DNA of 64,000 nucleotides from an uncultured delta proteobacterium (GCA_963803975.1 CAWDOY010000039.1:22721-86720), one strand, 5' to 3'; shown: positions 32,230-43,959, counted from the stretch's first letter. The notes: generated by a model from the letters alone, not told the origin. Numbers and translations are program-made.

Positions 32230-33075
32230 GATCTGTCCTCCTTGTGCTCAGGGTGCGCCCCTTTTCCTGCTTCCGCCTCTTTGCGCAGCCGCTCCTTGCG
32301 GTGTGTCAGCCAGGAGATGAAAGAAAGAGTGCTGCCCATGGTGATAAAGACGGCCGGCACAAAGCGCAAAGCCGCCCAGGTGAAAGAGGGGAGCGGGCGC
32401 ATGGTGACCTTTTTGAACCCGAGCTCATTAAAAGGCAGCGCCGACAGGTAGAGCACGCTGGTCCCGCCAGCCTCCTCCAGTCCGTAGATCCTGTTCACAT
32501 ATTTATCCGGCCTGGCGGCGAGACGCTGCTGAGCCTTCTCCACCATATCCTCGCGGCTGCCATAGCTGATGGCCGAGGGGCATGCTTTCGCGCAGGCCGG
32601 CATAAGTCCCTCTTTGACCCGGCTGTAGCAGCCCGTGCACTTCATGACCAGCGGGCAGGGCCTTGCTCCACTCGTATTTAGGGATGCCGAAGGGGCAGGC
32701 GATCATGCAGAAGCGGCAGCCGATGCAGCGCTCTGCATCATATACCACCGGGCCTTCCGGGGTCTTGATGAAGGCGCTGACCGGGCAGACCGAGACGCAG
32801 GCAGGATCATTGCAGTGCATGCACATCTCCTTGTAGAAAGCGAACTCGTTCTGACCGTGCTTCTGATAGTCACGGAACTTGATGGTGGTCAGGGTGTGCT
32901 CCGATGTGGTCGGCGGGTTCTGGTAGCCCTCGCCCTTAAAAAAGCAGGTCTTTTCCGCCTCCAGCTGGTTCCACTGTTTGCAGGCCACCTGGCAGCCGCG
33001 ACAGCCGGTGCAGCGGGTCAGGTCAATGAGAAAGGTCCGTTGCCGGAAAATATCCGTTGTCGTAGCAGCACTCAT
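32226..33075 (-). CDS. HybA/FdnH-type 4Fe-4S subunit (frameshift near 32655)
   Basis: CTGCRGCQVAC, CMHCNDPACVSVCP, CIGCRFCMIACP, KCTGC..R; C-terminal TM. Confidence 0.85.
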
Positions 33076-36000
33076 GCCTTGTTACCTCCTCTCTCTACTT
33101 TTTCTATATTACAGAGAAATGCCTTGTACTCGGGGATGTTTGAAACAGGGCTCTGCGCCTCCGAGGTGAGGACGTTGGCCGTGTCTCCCGTGGCCATGCC
33201 CGCGTAACCGAAGTGCCACGGCATCCCTACCTGCTCGATTGATTTGCCGTCCACCAGGAACGGTTTAAGGCGGGCGGTGACCAGGGCGTATGCCTCGATG
33301 GAACCCCGCTGGTTGAAGACACGCACCCGGTCGCCGTTGCTGATACCCTGTGTCTCGGCCAGCGATTCGCTTATCTCCACGAACATATCCGGCACCAGCT
33401 CCACCAGCCACGGGCAGGCTGCGGGTCATGGAGCCGGTCTGCCAGTGCTCGGTCACCCGGTAGGTGGTTCCGATATAGGGGAATGCTTTGATGTCAGATG
33501 CTGGTGTCCTTGGGGATCTTGACCATCGGGTTGTTCTGCACTTTGGAGAGCAGGTTTCTGGCCGGGCTCTCCATCGGTTCGTAGTGCTCGGGGAACGGCC
33601 CGTCCTTCATGGTGAGGGCATAGAGGCGCCCCACGTCCTTCGGCAATCATGATGAACGGGGAGGTGCCCTTCTCGTCTTCCATCGGCGGGGTGCCGCCAT
33701 CAGGCACATCCCCTTCCCATTTTTTCTCCGCCGGGTTCCAGGCGATTACCGGGCGCTTCGGGTTAAAGGGCTGCCCGGCCGTGATTGACCGAGGCGCGGT
33801 TATAGATGATGCGCCGGTTGACCGGCCAGGACCAGGCCCACTTCGGGATACATGCCAAGACCATTGGGCAGGTCAGCCGGGTCGCGGCGGGCCATCATGT
33901 TTCCCTTGCCGGTGTAGGAGCCGCAGTAGATCCAGCAGCCGGACGCGGTGGAGCCGTCGTCCTGCAGGGACGGCAAATGCCGGCACCTGCTCGCCGGCCT
34001 TGTAATTCAACGGTCTTGTCTTTATCTTTTACGCTGGTGTCCCGCGTGAAGTAGCCGTTTATCTCGCGGGCCACCTGGTGCACGTCCGGCTCGTGGCCGG
34101 TGCCGTAGTCCCAGGCCAGCTTGGTGATCGGCTCGGGAACCTGCCCGCCTTCTTTTTCATAGAGGCTTTTGAGCCGCTTGTGAAACTGGTCAATGATCCA
34201 GAGGTCGCTCTTGGCCTCTCCCGGCGGCTCTACCGCCTTGTAGCGCCACTGGGCCCAGCGGCCGGAGTTGGAGATGCTGCCCTCTTTTTCCATCGACGCG
34301 GCAGCCGGCAGCATGAAAACCTCGGTCTGGATTTCCCGGGGGTTCACGCCGGGGCGTTTCCAGAAGATGGAGGTTTCCGTTTCCCACAGATCGACCGTTA
34401 CCAGCCACTTCAGCTTGCCGAGGCCTTTGCGCGCATGGTGGGAATTCGGCCCGCCCACAGCCGGGTTCATCCCCATGCAGATCATCCCTTCCAGCCCGCC
34501 CTTGCAGGACATTGTTGCGGATCTGCAGGTAGGAATAGTTGCCGCTTCGTTTCGGCAGGTAGTCATAACAGAAGTCGTTTTCAGCAGTGGCCTGCTCGCC
34601 CCACCAGGCCTTGAGCAGGCTGGTCATGTATTTGTCGCCGTTCTGCCACCAGTTGGCGCTTTTGGGCTCGCTGGTCTTTGGGGAATATTTTGCCGATGTA
34701 GGCGTTGCGGTCGACGTCGCTGTACTCAGGCGATGGCAGGTAGCCGGGCAGCACGTGGAAGAGCAGGCCGTAGTCGGTCGAGCCCTGGACATTGGACTCG
34801 CCGCGCAGGGCATTGACGCCGCCGCCCGGCGATGCCCATGTTGCCGAGCAGCATCTGCAGCATGGCCACGGCGCGCACGTTCTGGGTGCCGTGGGTCGAC
34901 TGGGTGATCCCCATGGCGTAGAGGATGGTCCCTGCCCGGTCGGGCCGGCCGGTGCTGCAGAAGGCTGCCGCAACCTTGAGGTAGTCGTCTTTTTTCGTCC
35001 CGGTAATGTTGCAGACCATGTCCGCGTCATAGCGGGAATAATGTTTTTTCAGCAGCTGGAAGACGCAGCGCGGGTCCTGCAGCGTCGGGTCGCGGCGCGC
35101 CTTGCCCGGTCGCATCCGTGTCGTAGGCCCAGGCTTTCATGTCGTAGGCCTTCAGCATTTCATCCCATTCGCCGAACATGCCTTCCTCAAAGCCGTACTT
35201 GTCACCGACGATGAACGCCGCATTGGTATAGTCGCGGACATACTCGGCGTGGATGAGGTTGTTCTGCAGGGCGTAATTGATCAGCCCTCCCAGAAAGGCG
35301 ATGTCCGTGCCGGGCCGGATCTGGGCATAGATGTCTGCCTTGGATGCGGTCCGGGTAAAGCGGGGATCGACGGCGATGAGCTTCGCTCCGTTCTCCAGTG
35401 CCGCCTCGATCCATTTAAAGGATATGGGGTGGTTCTCGGCCGGGTTGCAGCCGATGGCCATGATACAATCGCTGTTTTTCAGGTCGTTCCAGTGATTCGT
35501 CATTGCACCGCGTCCGAAAGAGGCCGCAAGACCTGCGACCGTGGACGGAGTGTCAAAGACGCGCCTGGTGCTCGAGGGCGACAATCCCCGTGGAGCGGGA
35601 AAATTTACTGAGCAGGTAGCACTCCTCGTTGTCCAGCCCGGCCCCGCCCAGCATGGTTATCCCTTCGGTGCGGTTGACCGTGTACTGTTTGCCGTCCTTC
35701 TTGTTGACCTCGCGTGGCCTTGAAGGTCCGGTCGCGGGTTTCCTTCATCAGCCGGGCGATCCGGTCCAGGGCCCAGTCCCAGGACTTTTCCTCCCAGTGG
35801 TCTTCCCCGGGGGCGCGGTACATGTACCTTCTGCAGCCGACGCTCATTGTTCGCCACCTGAAACACTGCCTCTCCTTTGGAGCAGAGCGAGCCCTGGTTG
35901 ATCGGATGCAGATCATCCCCCTCGATGTTGACGATCTTGCCGTCCTTGACGGAAACAACCATGCCGCAGCCGACCGCGCAGAACGGGCAGATCGTGGTTG

Positions 36001-36127
36001 TTGTCTTGAGGCCCTTGGTCCGGAGTTCAGGCGAGTTATAGCCGGCCGCAGCCGGTTTCCCGGTGATTGCCAGTCCTGCTGTCGCGAGGCCGCCCCGGGT
36101 CAGAAATTGTCTTCTCGATATCCGCAT
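33072..36127 (-). CDS. fdnG: formate dehydrogenase-N alpha subunit, selenocysteine-containing (many frameshifts)
   Basis: Tat SRRQFL; CPFCAVGC; EHQARL-TGA-HS; FGRGAMTNHW; ALRGESNVQG; EHWQTG; PEYKAFLCN. Confidence 0.9.
35522..35555 (-). promoter_or_regulatory. Sec UGA codon and bacterial SECIS hairpin
   Basis: TGA at 35553-35555 (minus), then GGTCGCA-GGTCT-TGCGGCC stem-loop, similar to the E. coli fdhF SECIS. Confidence 0.85.
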
Positions 36128-37009
36128 GTCGATTCCTCCTTGCGCATCCAGTAGCCTTTCAGCGAGCGTTTACCGGAATGTGCCGAAAAATCCCTCACCC
36201 TGCAGCGGGGACACATCGGCACGAAGTTTATTGTTTATCCATGTCTCCTGTCCCTTCCGGGCAGACAGTGTTGCGAGACATGATAGCGTTTAACATTAAC
36301 CGCAGGGAACTCAGGAAGCATATACGCCGGAGAGTTCAGGTGTTGAAAAGGGAATGGTCTGTTGACTCCGGAACCAAATGAGCTGTGCGGTTACAAGAAT
36401 TCCATTTTTTTACGGATTGGGGATATACCGGCGTGACAGATGAATAGCCGGGAAGTATGTGCGGCAACGGGGTGGCAGGTTGATTAAGAGAGTGTCCGTT
36501 ATTAAGGATATAACTACGTGACACGGGAGAAGCTGGGGAAATTCAGCTTACCCTACTGATTAACAGCGACCCTACAAGCGCTCCTCAGAAATCATTACAT
36601 AAAATCCAGTCACAAAATTCCGCCCCGGTCCCGGCATCAATCCATGTGTCGCCAGCGAAAAAATCCGAATGTTGCTCCAGTCAAGTGTTCGTTCAGTAGA
36701 ATCAGTATGAGTCGCAGTGCATCATTGCCTGTCTCCGGGCACGGGAATGCGGTAAGAAATCCTGTGTGTCGGTATGCTCCCCGGAGATGGCATGCAATGG
36801 TCATAGCGGATACTATAAAAATGAGTATACTCCTTTTTTATTATATAAGCAATCAGTATCAGCACCGGCTCAGATAAAAATTAATACCGATTGTAATGGA
36901 AAAAGCGTATGTGGTATGTAAAATTTCTGGCAGATTTTTCCCCTGGCGTTAAAAAAACCTTTCTCTAACCATAAACCGCACTATTTATTTGCAGGAAAGA
37001 ATCGCCGCC

Positions 37010-39014
37010 ATGAATACACTCTACGGATGGACCGGGAAGCTGCTGCAGGCAGATCTGACAGCAGCGGAAATGCACGGAGCGGAACACGCTTGATTATGCA
37101 GAGCGCTTCATCGGCGGGAAAGGCATTGCCGCAAAAATTTACTGGGACAGCATGGCGCCGCAGCGCGATGCCTTTCATCCTGACAGCCCGCTTATTATAA
37201 TGACCGGACCGCTTGCCGCAACTGCCGCTCCGGCTGCCTCGCGCTGGCTGGTGGCCGGAAAATCCCCCTCGCTCTACCCGGAGAACTTTGCCTGCGCGCA
37301 TCTGGGCGGTTTTTTCGGCGCGGCCCTGAAAAAGGCAGGCTATGACGGCCTCATCATCCAGGGCAGAGCCGCAGGCAGGGTCTATCTCAGCCTGGACAAT
37401 GAAAAAGTCGAAATCAAAGAGGCGCGCCATCTGTGGGGCCTGACCACCCGGAAAACAATGGAAGCCATACGGCGTGAACTGGGAGAACGGGTCAGGATCC
37501 TTACCACCGGCCCGGCAGGAGAGAACCTGGTCAGGTTTGCGACCGTGGCCACGGATGCCGGAGGCAGCGGCTCAGCAGGGTTCGGCGCGGTCATGGGCGC
37601 GAAAAATTTAAAAGCCGTGGCCGTGCGGGGGAGCAGCATAATACCGGCGGCAGATCCGGAGTCTTTGAAAGCAATCAGGCAGAAGATAAAAAAGATGACC
37701 GGAGAGGGCTACTTCAACCTCTACGGCAATCCCACCCCCATTTCCGAAGCAGAGATTATAAAGCCGGTGCGCTGTCACGGCTGCCCGCAGGGGTGCTGGC
37801 GCTCGCTGTACCGGACAGCCTCAGGAGAAGAGGGCGTCAGAAAATGCCAGTCCACTTTTTTCTATTCCCTGTGGGACAAAAAACTGCACGAGGACCTGAC
37901 CGCGGCGTCCTTTCACGCTACGGCGCTTGCCAATGACTACTCGCTGTGCAGCATGGAACTCCCGGGGCTTCTTATCTGGCTGGAGCAGTGCATTGCAAAA
38001 GGCATCATCACGGAAAAGGAAACGGAGCTTTCCCTGGCAGAGGCAGGAAGCGTCGAATTTATTGAGGCCCTGGTTAAAAAAATAGCTGCGCGGCAAGGGT
38101 TCGGGAATGTTCTTGCCGAGGGCGTGATGCGGGCGGCAGATGCTGTCGGCAGGGGCGCGAAAGAGCTGGCGCTCGATCATTTCACCCAATCAGGCCGGGG
38201 CATTGCCTACGGGCCGAAGATTTTTTCGCCGTCGGCGCTTATTTTTGCGACCGAGCCGCGGCCCTCTGTTACCGAGCTGCATGAAATATGCGAGCCGCTC
38301 ATAAAATGGGCCCTCTGGTATACAACGGAAGGGACCTTTTCCTATGTATCTACAGAGTTGCTGAGGAAGATCGCTGAGCGCTTCTGGGGGAGCGCTGAAG
38401 CGGTGGACTTTTCAACCTACGCCGGCAAGGCGCTGGCTGCCGCAAAAATCCAGAACCGGCAGCATGCCAAGGATTCTCTCATCCTCTGTGACTTTGCCTA
38501 TCCCCTCTATGATGACGCAAGCTCTGAAGATCATGTTGGTGACCCGGCACTGGAGAGCCGCCTGTTCACTGCTGTTACCGGGATAGCGATGGACGAGAGC
38601 ATGCTTGAGCGGGCAGGAGAGAGAATTTTCAATTTAATCCGGGCAATCCTTCTGCGGGAGGGGCGAAAGGGCCGGGAGGATGACTATGTGCCGGAAAGCC
38701 AGTATATAGAGCGGGAGGAGCCGGTTTATGACGCGTTCGGCATGTTCAACCCTGATCTCTTTCTTCCCGGCAGCGGGGACGAGGTTATTTCAGTGAAGGG
38801 AAAAGCTCTCAAGCGGGAGGGATTTGCCCGGATGCTCAATGAATATTACGGAATTCGCGGGTGGGATGCCGCGACCGGCTTTTTCAAAAAGAAAACGCTG
38901 GAGGAGCTTGATCTTGCGGACCTGATTGAACCGTTAGCGGGAAAGGTAGGGAAAGTGAAATGGGAAAAGGCACAGAGGCATAAGGCAAAAAGTAAAGTGC
39001 TGAGTGCTGAGTAG
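37010..39014 (+). CDS. aldehyde:ferredoxin oxidoreductase (AOR, W-pterin family; frameshift around 37060-37090)
   Basis: YGWTGKLLQADLT, FIGGKG, KSP, GPAGENLV, GAVMGAKNLKA, CHGCPQGC, YYGIRGWD. Confidence 0.9.
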
Positions 39015-39131
39015 CGAGCGATGAGTGGGTAATTGGTTACCAGTGGTCCGTGGCACGTAATTGAGAAAATTAAAACGTGGCAGACGAGAAGGCACAATGC
39101 ATTCAAAGCTGAAAGCTGACCGCTGATGGCT
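38951..39131 (+). repeat. composite 7-mer intergenic repeat overlapping the AOR 3' end
   Basis: ggcacagaggcataaggcaaaaagtaaagtgctgagtgctgagt-agcgagcgatgagtggg ... gctgaaa gctgacc gctgatg. Confidence 0.7.
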
Positions 39132-39202
39132 TGTAAACGAATTTTTATTTTCGCTGTTTCCTTTGCTAAGCTTAAAGCAGTACCGACAAGAGAAGTGCGG
39201 CC

Positions 39203-39812
39203 ATGAAAAAAAAGAGCGCCCTGCTGATTGTTGACGTGCAGAATGATTTCTGCCCGAACGGATACACTGGCAGTTCCGGAGGGGGATGCCATAATTCCGG
39301 TCCTGAATAAATATATAAAAATCTTCTCTGCCGGCAAGCTGCCGATTTTCGCCTCCCGCGACTGGCACCCGAAAAAGACCTCCCACTTTAAGGATTTTGG
39401 CGGGCCGTGGCCGGAGCACTGCGTCCAGGACAGCCACGGCGCCCGTTTCCATCCAATGCTGCGGCTGCCTGAAAGCGCCATCATCCTGTCCAAGGGCATG
39501 GACCCGGAGACAGACAGCTATTCAGCGTTTCAGGCTGTTGACGCAAAGGGAAATGATTTCGCGCAGTTGCTGAAAACATTTTCCATTAAAGAACTTTTTG
39601 TGGGCGGGCTGGCAACTGACTATTGCGTGCGCTGGACCGTGCTTGACGCCCTGAAATTCGGGCTCAGGGTCTTCCTGCTCATGGACGCGATAAAGGGCGT
39701 GAACCTGCGGGAAAAAGACTCAGAGTCAGCGGTAGAGGAGATGGTGAGCCTGGGGGCGAAAAAGATTACGATTGAGAAATTGTCCCGGATGTTCGCCGGG
39801 GAAAGAGGTTAG
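39203..39812 (+). CDS. pncA: nicotinamidase/pyrazinamidase (frameshift near 39263)
   Basis: ALLIVDVQNDFCP, SRDWHP, WPEHCVQ, KG....DSYSAF, GLATDYCV. Confidence 0.9.
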
Positions 39813-39814
39813 GG

Positions 39815-39972
39815 CTGTGAAACGTGGGATTCGAAGTGGGAGAATAGGGGAAAGGCGAACAGGCACAGAGGCAATAAGGCACAAAGTAAAGTGCTGACAG
39901 ATGATCGCTTCTTTACTCCGAACTCGTTACTCAGTACTCAGCACTACTCAGGCGGCTGACCGCTGACAGCTT
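39815..39972 (+). repeat. composite 7-mer intergenic repeat
   Basis: ggcacagaggcaataaggcacaaagtaaagtgctga; tactcag x2; gctgacc gctgaca. Confidence 0.7.
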
Positions 39973-39989
39973 ATGGCTAATCAGCAGTC

Positions 39990-40536
39990 CTACCAGCCGC
40001 GCACCCGGCCGGTATCGATGTGGACAAAGTCCGGGTACTTCCCCACTCCGCCGGCCGCTAAGGCGCTTTGCCGTGCGGGAGATATCCCTGGTGCGGATAC
40101 CCGGGATGGAAAAATCTACGGCCAGGCCCTGCAGGTGAAGACTTTCTTTTGCCACGCAGTGGCCGGTGCAGCGCAGGTATTCGTTGTATTTGCGCGAGCG
40201 AAAGCCAGAAATTATTTTCACTTCCCTTGAGGAGCCGAACCGGTCCTTAATTCTGCAGAGCAGGTTTATTACATCAGGGTCTATGGGTTTTATTTCATTG
40301 GTGTAATGGCAGCGCAGGAAATAGTTGATTCTTTCCAAGTCATCTTCCCGCCAGATACCCTTGGCGCTATAACGCAGGCTGAGATGCTCTCCGGTGTTGA
40401 TGTTGTCAAGCCTGAGTGCCCGAACTTTGGATTTGGCAAGAGCAGCAAGCACGCTCTGTGAGGAGAGCACCTGCTCAGCGATACATAGCCCTGTTGCGGC
40501 AAAGAAGGTCTTTAAAAAATCTCTTCGCGAGGTCAT
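39990..40536 (-). CDS. YcbK/DUF882 (MepK-like) M15 peptidase, Tat-exported (frameshift near 40060)
   Basis: SRRDFL; ISGFRS; SLHLQGLAVD; shifted frame GGVGKYPDFVHIDTGRVRGW*. Confidence 0.85.
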
Positions 40537-41408
40537 AGCGTAACATCCTCCGCAATGCCTGATTTTTCATCAACAATACTGTTTATTTTGTTCCAGTCAA
40601 CCTTATCAGAGAGGCAGCATTTTTCGATGTGCTTCATCACTTCCCCGGGAAGGGATTGCATTCTTTTGTAAATATCCCGGTGCACCTCAAGAAAAACCCG
40701 GCCTTCACTGCTTTGCGCGAGTTTGACCGGCTCATAGATAATTTCTCCCCTGGTGCCGACCGCAACCAGAGGGAAGAACTTTTCTATGTGCTCGGGCAGC
40801 ATCCTGATACAGCCGTGGCTGCGCCACTGGTGCACAGTGGTGGGCCAGATGGTTGCATGGATCATGATGTCAGCCAGAGAGGTTTTGAACGCATATCTGC
40901 CCAGGGGATTGTCCGGCCCCGGCTCCACGAACGTTTTAACCGGCAGGCCGTTCATCTCCATTTCTTCCTGAATTGACACGGGCACATGCCAGGTAGGGTC
41001 CTTTGCCTTGGCGGTGATGGTAAACCTGCCCAGCGGCGTTCGCCATTTTAAATCAGACTTTCCCATCCCGACCGGCAACGTGGTAAGCTTGCCAGCCTTG
41101 AAAAAATAGAGCATCCCTTCGGGGATATTGATAATAATTCCGTCTGCCAAAGACTTAGGCACGATCCGCCGGGTGTTGACCATCAGCTGGGTACCGATTT
41201 TGAGCCACGCAGCAGTGTCGAGCTGGTTCTCTTTTGCGATATTCTGCCAGTTGACCCCGAGCTTTGCCCCGATGCTGATGAGGCAGTCACCCTGCTGCAC
41301 CACGTAGCTGGTATCGCCGCCGATAATCATGTTTGCAAAAGAGATGCCGGGTGCCAGGATAATAAGAAGAAACAGCAGACGGAAAAGAAAAGCGGATGAA
41401 TAGTTCAC
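40533..41408 (-). CDS. L,D-transpeptidase with LysM (ErfK/YbiS family)
   Basis: YVVQQGD LysM; INIPE, TPLG, PGPDNPLG, IHAT...SHGCIRM. Confidence 0.9.
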   Translation of the reverse strand: MNYSSAFLFRLLFLLIILAPGISFANMIIGGDTSYVVQQGDCLISIGAKLGVNWQNIAKENQLDTAAWLKIGTQLMVNTRRIVPKSLADGIIINIPEGMLYFFKAGKLTTLPVGMGKSDLKWRTPLGRFTITAKAKDPTWHVPVSIQEEMEMNGLPVKTFVEPGPDNPLGRYAFKTSLADIMIHATIWPTTVHQWRSHGCIRMLPEHIEKFFPLVAVGTRGEIIYEPVKLAQSSEGRVFLEVHRDIYKRMQSLPGEVMKHIEKCCLSDKVDWNKINSIVDEKSGIAEDVTL

Positions 41409-41650
41409 GGTTCGGTGTCATCCAATTCAGTAAAGCACAGCATGCATGGCGATAATGGTAACAGCAGAGCCTAAAAGCCGCAGGAAGCAGCGTCTCATTT
41501 TTTTCAGGGGCAGTATAAAAAAAAGCAGCTCTCGTGTCAACATGTGTATTGTATTTAAAATGAAAAATCTACTGGGGTGCGCTGCTGTTTACGCAGGCAC
41601 CGTATTGCTTATTTAAGATGCCCCCGGGATATTGCGCCTTGTTGTATTTT

Positions 41651-43054
41651 TCAAGCTTTCGGGTGCTTGCCCAGCCAGCAGTAGAGGCACAGCTTCTCGC
41701 GCGGCAGGCCGATGGCCTCAACCATGTCATCCGCGGTCTGGTAGCGGAGCGTGGTAACGCCTAAATTTTTAGCAACCCGGCTCACCATCTTCCGGTATTT
41801 CTCCGATTTGTCATCCAGGTATTCTTCCATTTTAATCGGCTTATCTCCCTCAAGCTCCTTGATGGCCTGCCAGGCAGCAAGCTCGTGACTGCTGCGCGTT
41901 GACAGGTTGAAGCGGCAGGGATACATCAGCGGCGGACAGGATGCCCGCACATGAACCTCGCGCGCGCCGCAGTCCCAGAGCTTTTTTATGGTAAAATTTT
42001 TGAGCTGGGTGCCGCGCACAATCGAGTCCTCGCACACCACAATGCTCTGGCCTTCAATTATTTCCTTAATGGCAATGAGCTTCATCTTTGCAATCAGGTC
42101 GCGGGTGTCCTGGGATGGCGGGGTGTAGCTTCTTCCGTAACCGGGAGTGTATTTTACCAGAGGCCGGCGGAAGGGCTTTCCTGACTCCATGGCATAGCCT
42201 ATGGCATGGGAGGTGCCGGAATCCGGGATGCCCGCTGCTATATCCACCGTGATATCTTTATCCCGGCGGGCCAGCGCCCGGCCGCAGCGCTCGCGCACCA
42301 CTTCAACGTTTATCCCCTCATAATTGGAAGCAGGGAACCCGGTGTAAATCCAGAGAAACGAGCATATCTGCTGCACGCCGCCGCCGGCTTTGCGCTGCAC
42401 CATGCCGCTTTCGTTCAGGAGAACGATTTCTCCCGGCTCAAGGTACTTCACGATGGTGAAATCATTATTGATTAAGGCAATAGTCTCGGAGGTGACTGCC
42501 CACGCATCATCGCGCCTGCCCACCACCAGCGGCGAATAGCCGAACCGGTCGCGGGCAGCGTAAATGCCGTCCTTGTGCAGCAGCAGCAGCGAGCAGGAGC
42601 CGGAGATCATGTCAAACATCTTCTCAATGCCGCCAATTATGTCTTTGCCCTGGCTGATGAGCTTGGCAATCAGCTCGGTCACATTTGCCGCGCCCTTGCT
42701 CACCTCGCTGAAGGTGATGCCGTTCTGCATCAGGTCATTGGCCAGGGCTTCGGCATTTTCTATGATGCCGTCGGTTGCAATGCAGAAGGGGCCGAAGCGG
42801 GATTTCTGATATATCGGCTGCTCGTCAAGGGCGCTGATGACGCCGATGCCCATGGTGCCCTTCATGCGGAGGTAATCTTCGTAGAATTTTGCCTTGAACT
42901 GGCTCTGGCTGATGTTGTGGATCTGGCGTTCAAACTGCTCGCCGAGGACGGCAAGGCCGCCGTACTCGGTCCCGAGATGCGAGTGATAGTCAGTGCCGTA
43001 AAAAAGCGTCTGCAGACAATCGTTTTTAGAAGCTACCCCGAAAACGCCGCTCAT
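41651..43054 (-). CDS. purF: amidophosphoribosyltransferase, Ser-N-terminal variant
   Basis: ARDRFG, IPDSG, EDSIVRGT PRPP motif, CPP...C, CLYCW; starts MSGVFG. Confidence 0.85.
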   Translation of the reverse strand: MSGVFGVASKNDCLQTLFYGTDYHSHLGTEYGGLAVLGEQFERQIHNISQSQFKAKFYEDYLRMKGTMGIGVISALDEQPIYQKSRFGPFCIATDGIIENAEALANDLMQNGITFSEVSKGAANVTELIAKLISQGKDIIGGIEKMFDMISGSCSLLLLHKDGIYAARDRFGYSPLVVGRRDDAWAVTSETIALINNDFTIVKYLEPGEIVLLNESGMVQRKAGGGVQQICSFLWIYTGFPASNYEGINVEVVRERCGRALARRDKDITVDIAAGIPDSGTSHAIGYAMESGKPFRRPLVKYTPGYGRSYTPPSQDTRDLIAKMKLIAIKEIIEGQSIVVCEDSIVRGTQLKNFTIKKLWDCGAREVHVRASCPPLMYPCRFNLSTRSSHELAAWQAIKELEGDKPIKMEEYLDDKSEKYRKMVSRVAKNLGVTTLRYQTADDMVEAIGLPREKLCLYCWLGKHPKA

Positions 43055-43217
43055 GGCTGTCCTCCCGTCTGGTTTTTGATGGGCTGGTTTAGTAAGAAGC
43101 CGTGACAATAGCAGAGGAGAAACAGAAAATCAAAGCAAAGTTTGCCGCGCAGCAAATAAATCCGTTGCTTTTATGGAGGGATATTTATAAATTGGCAGTT
43201 ATAGAAAGGAGAATACT

Positions 43218-43955
43218 ATGGCACACAAATCACTCACCCAATTCTGTTTTGAAACACTGGCAAAAGAGATAAAACTGGAGAAAGTCACCGGTCTGGAGGA
43301 CATTGAAAAGGTGAAGCTCTTGAGCGGCGAGGATGGGGGCGGCATCAGGCTCTACAAGGCGGACAAGATTGCTAAAGTCTCCCTGGTTGATTTCAGATAC
43401 GCAAGCGGCGTTCCCATCCCCCATCATGACAACGAGCTTTCGGTGGGCGCTGAGATATTTCAGATACTGCCTGATTTTTCCTATAAGCTTCCGATCTGGG
43501 GGATTAATTCGGTCATCTTCAAGGACGGCAGGTATAACTTTGACACAGACCTGTCATTTGGCTTTGACCTGGTGATGGATTATGCCTTTACCATGAAATA
43601 CCTGGAGCCGTTTGATGCGCTGCACAAAAAGTTTTTGACCCACAAAGACTTCCACATGGTGACCATGGATAAGACCACCACCTGGGTGCGGACCTATATT
43701 TCACCGGTTTTTGTCATCGCGGAAACGCGGGTGGAGAAAATGGACATGGTATTTGAGCTGTGCGCGGAGTTTATAAAGCTCTGGGTGAGGATGTACAATG
43801 AGGCGGAAAAGGTTGATGACGCGTTTAAAGAGAAACAGAAGCAGCGCATAAAATGCCAGTATGACGGCATGCGGCAGACTGACCGGATGGGGAAAATTCT
43901 CCTGGGAGTATATGGCAAGGATACGTTTGCGAAATTTTTTAAGGCAATGGCGTAA
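43218..43955 (+). CDS. ferredoxin-dependent bilin reductase/RCCR-fold-like protein
   Basis: P.FSYKLPIWG, D.DL...DL..DY..KYL, WVRTYISP, Q...Y....TD....L...YG...F; family judged by eye. Confidence 0.55.
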   Translation: MAHKSLTQFCFETLAKEIKLEKVTGLEDIEKVKLLSGEDGGGIRLYKADKIAKVSLVDFRYASGVPIPHHDNELSVGAEIFQILPDFSYKLPIWGINSVIFKDGRYNFDTDLSFGFDLVMDYAFTMKYLEPFDALHKKFLTHKDFHMVTMDKTTTWVRTYISPVFVIAETRVEKMDMVFELCAEFIKLWVRMYNEAEKVDDAFKEKQKQRIKCQYDGMRQTDRMGKILLGVYGKDTFAKFFKAMA

Positions 43956-43959
43956 TTAA

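Noticed and set aside
38951-39972. CRISPR array or DGR-type repeats
   Set aside because: No constant-length repeat-spacer pattern, no adenine-specific variant pair, and no cas or reverse transcriptase genes
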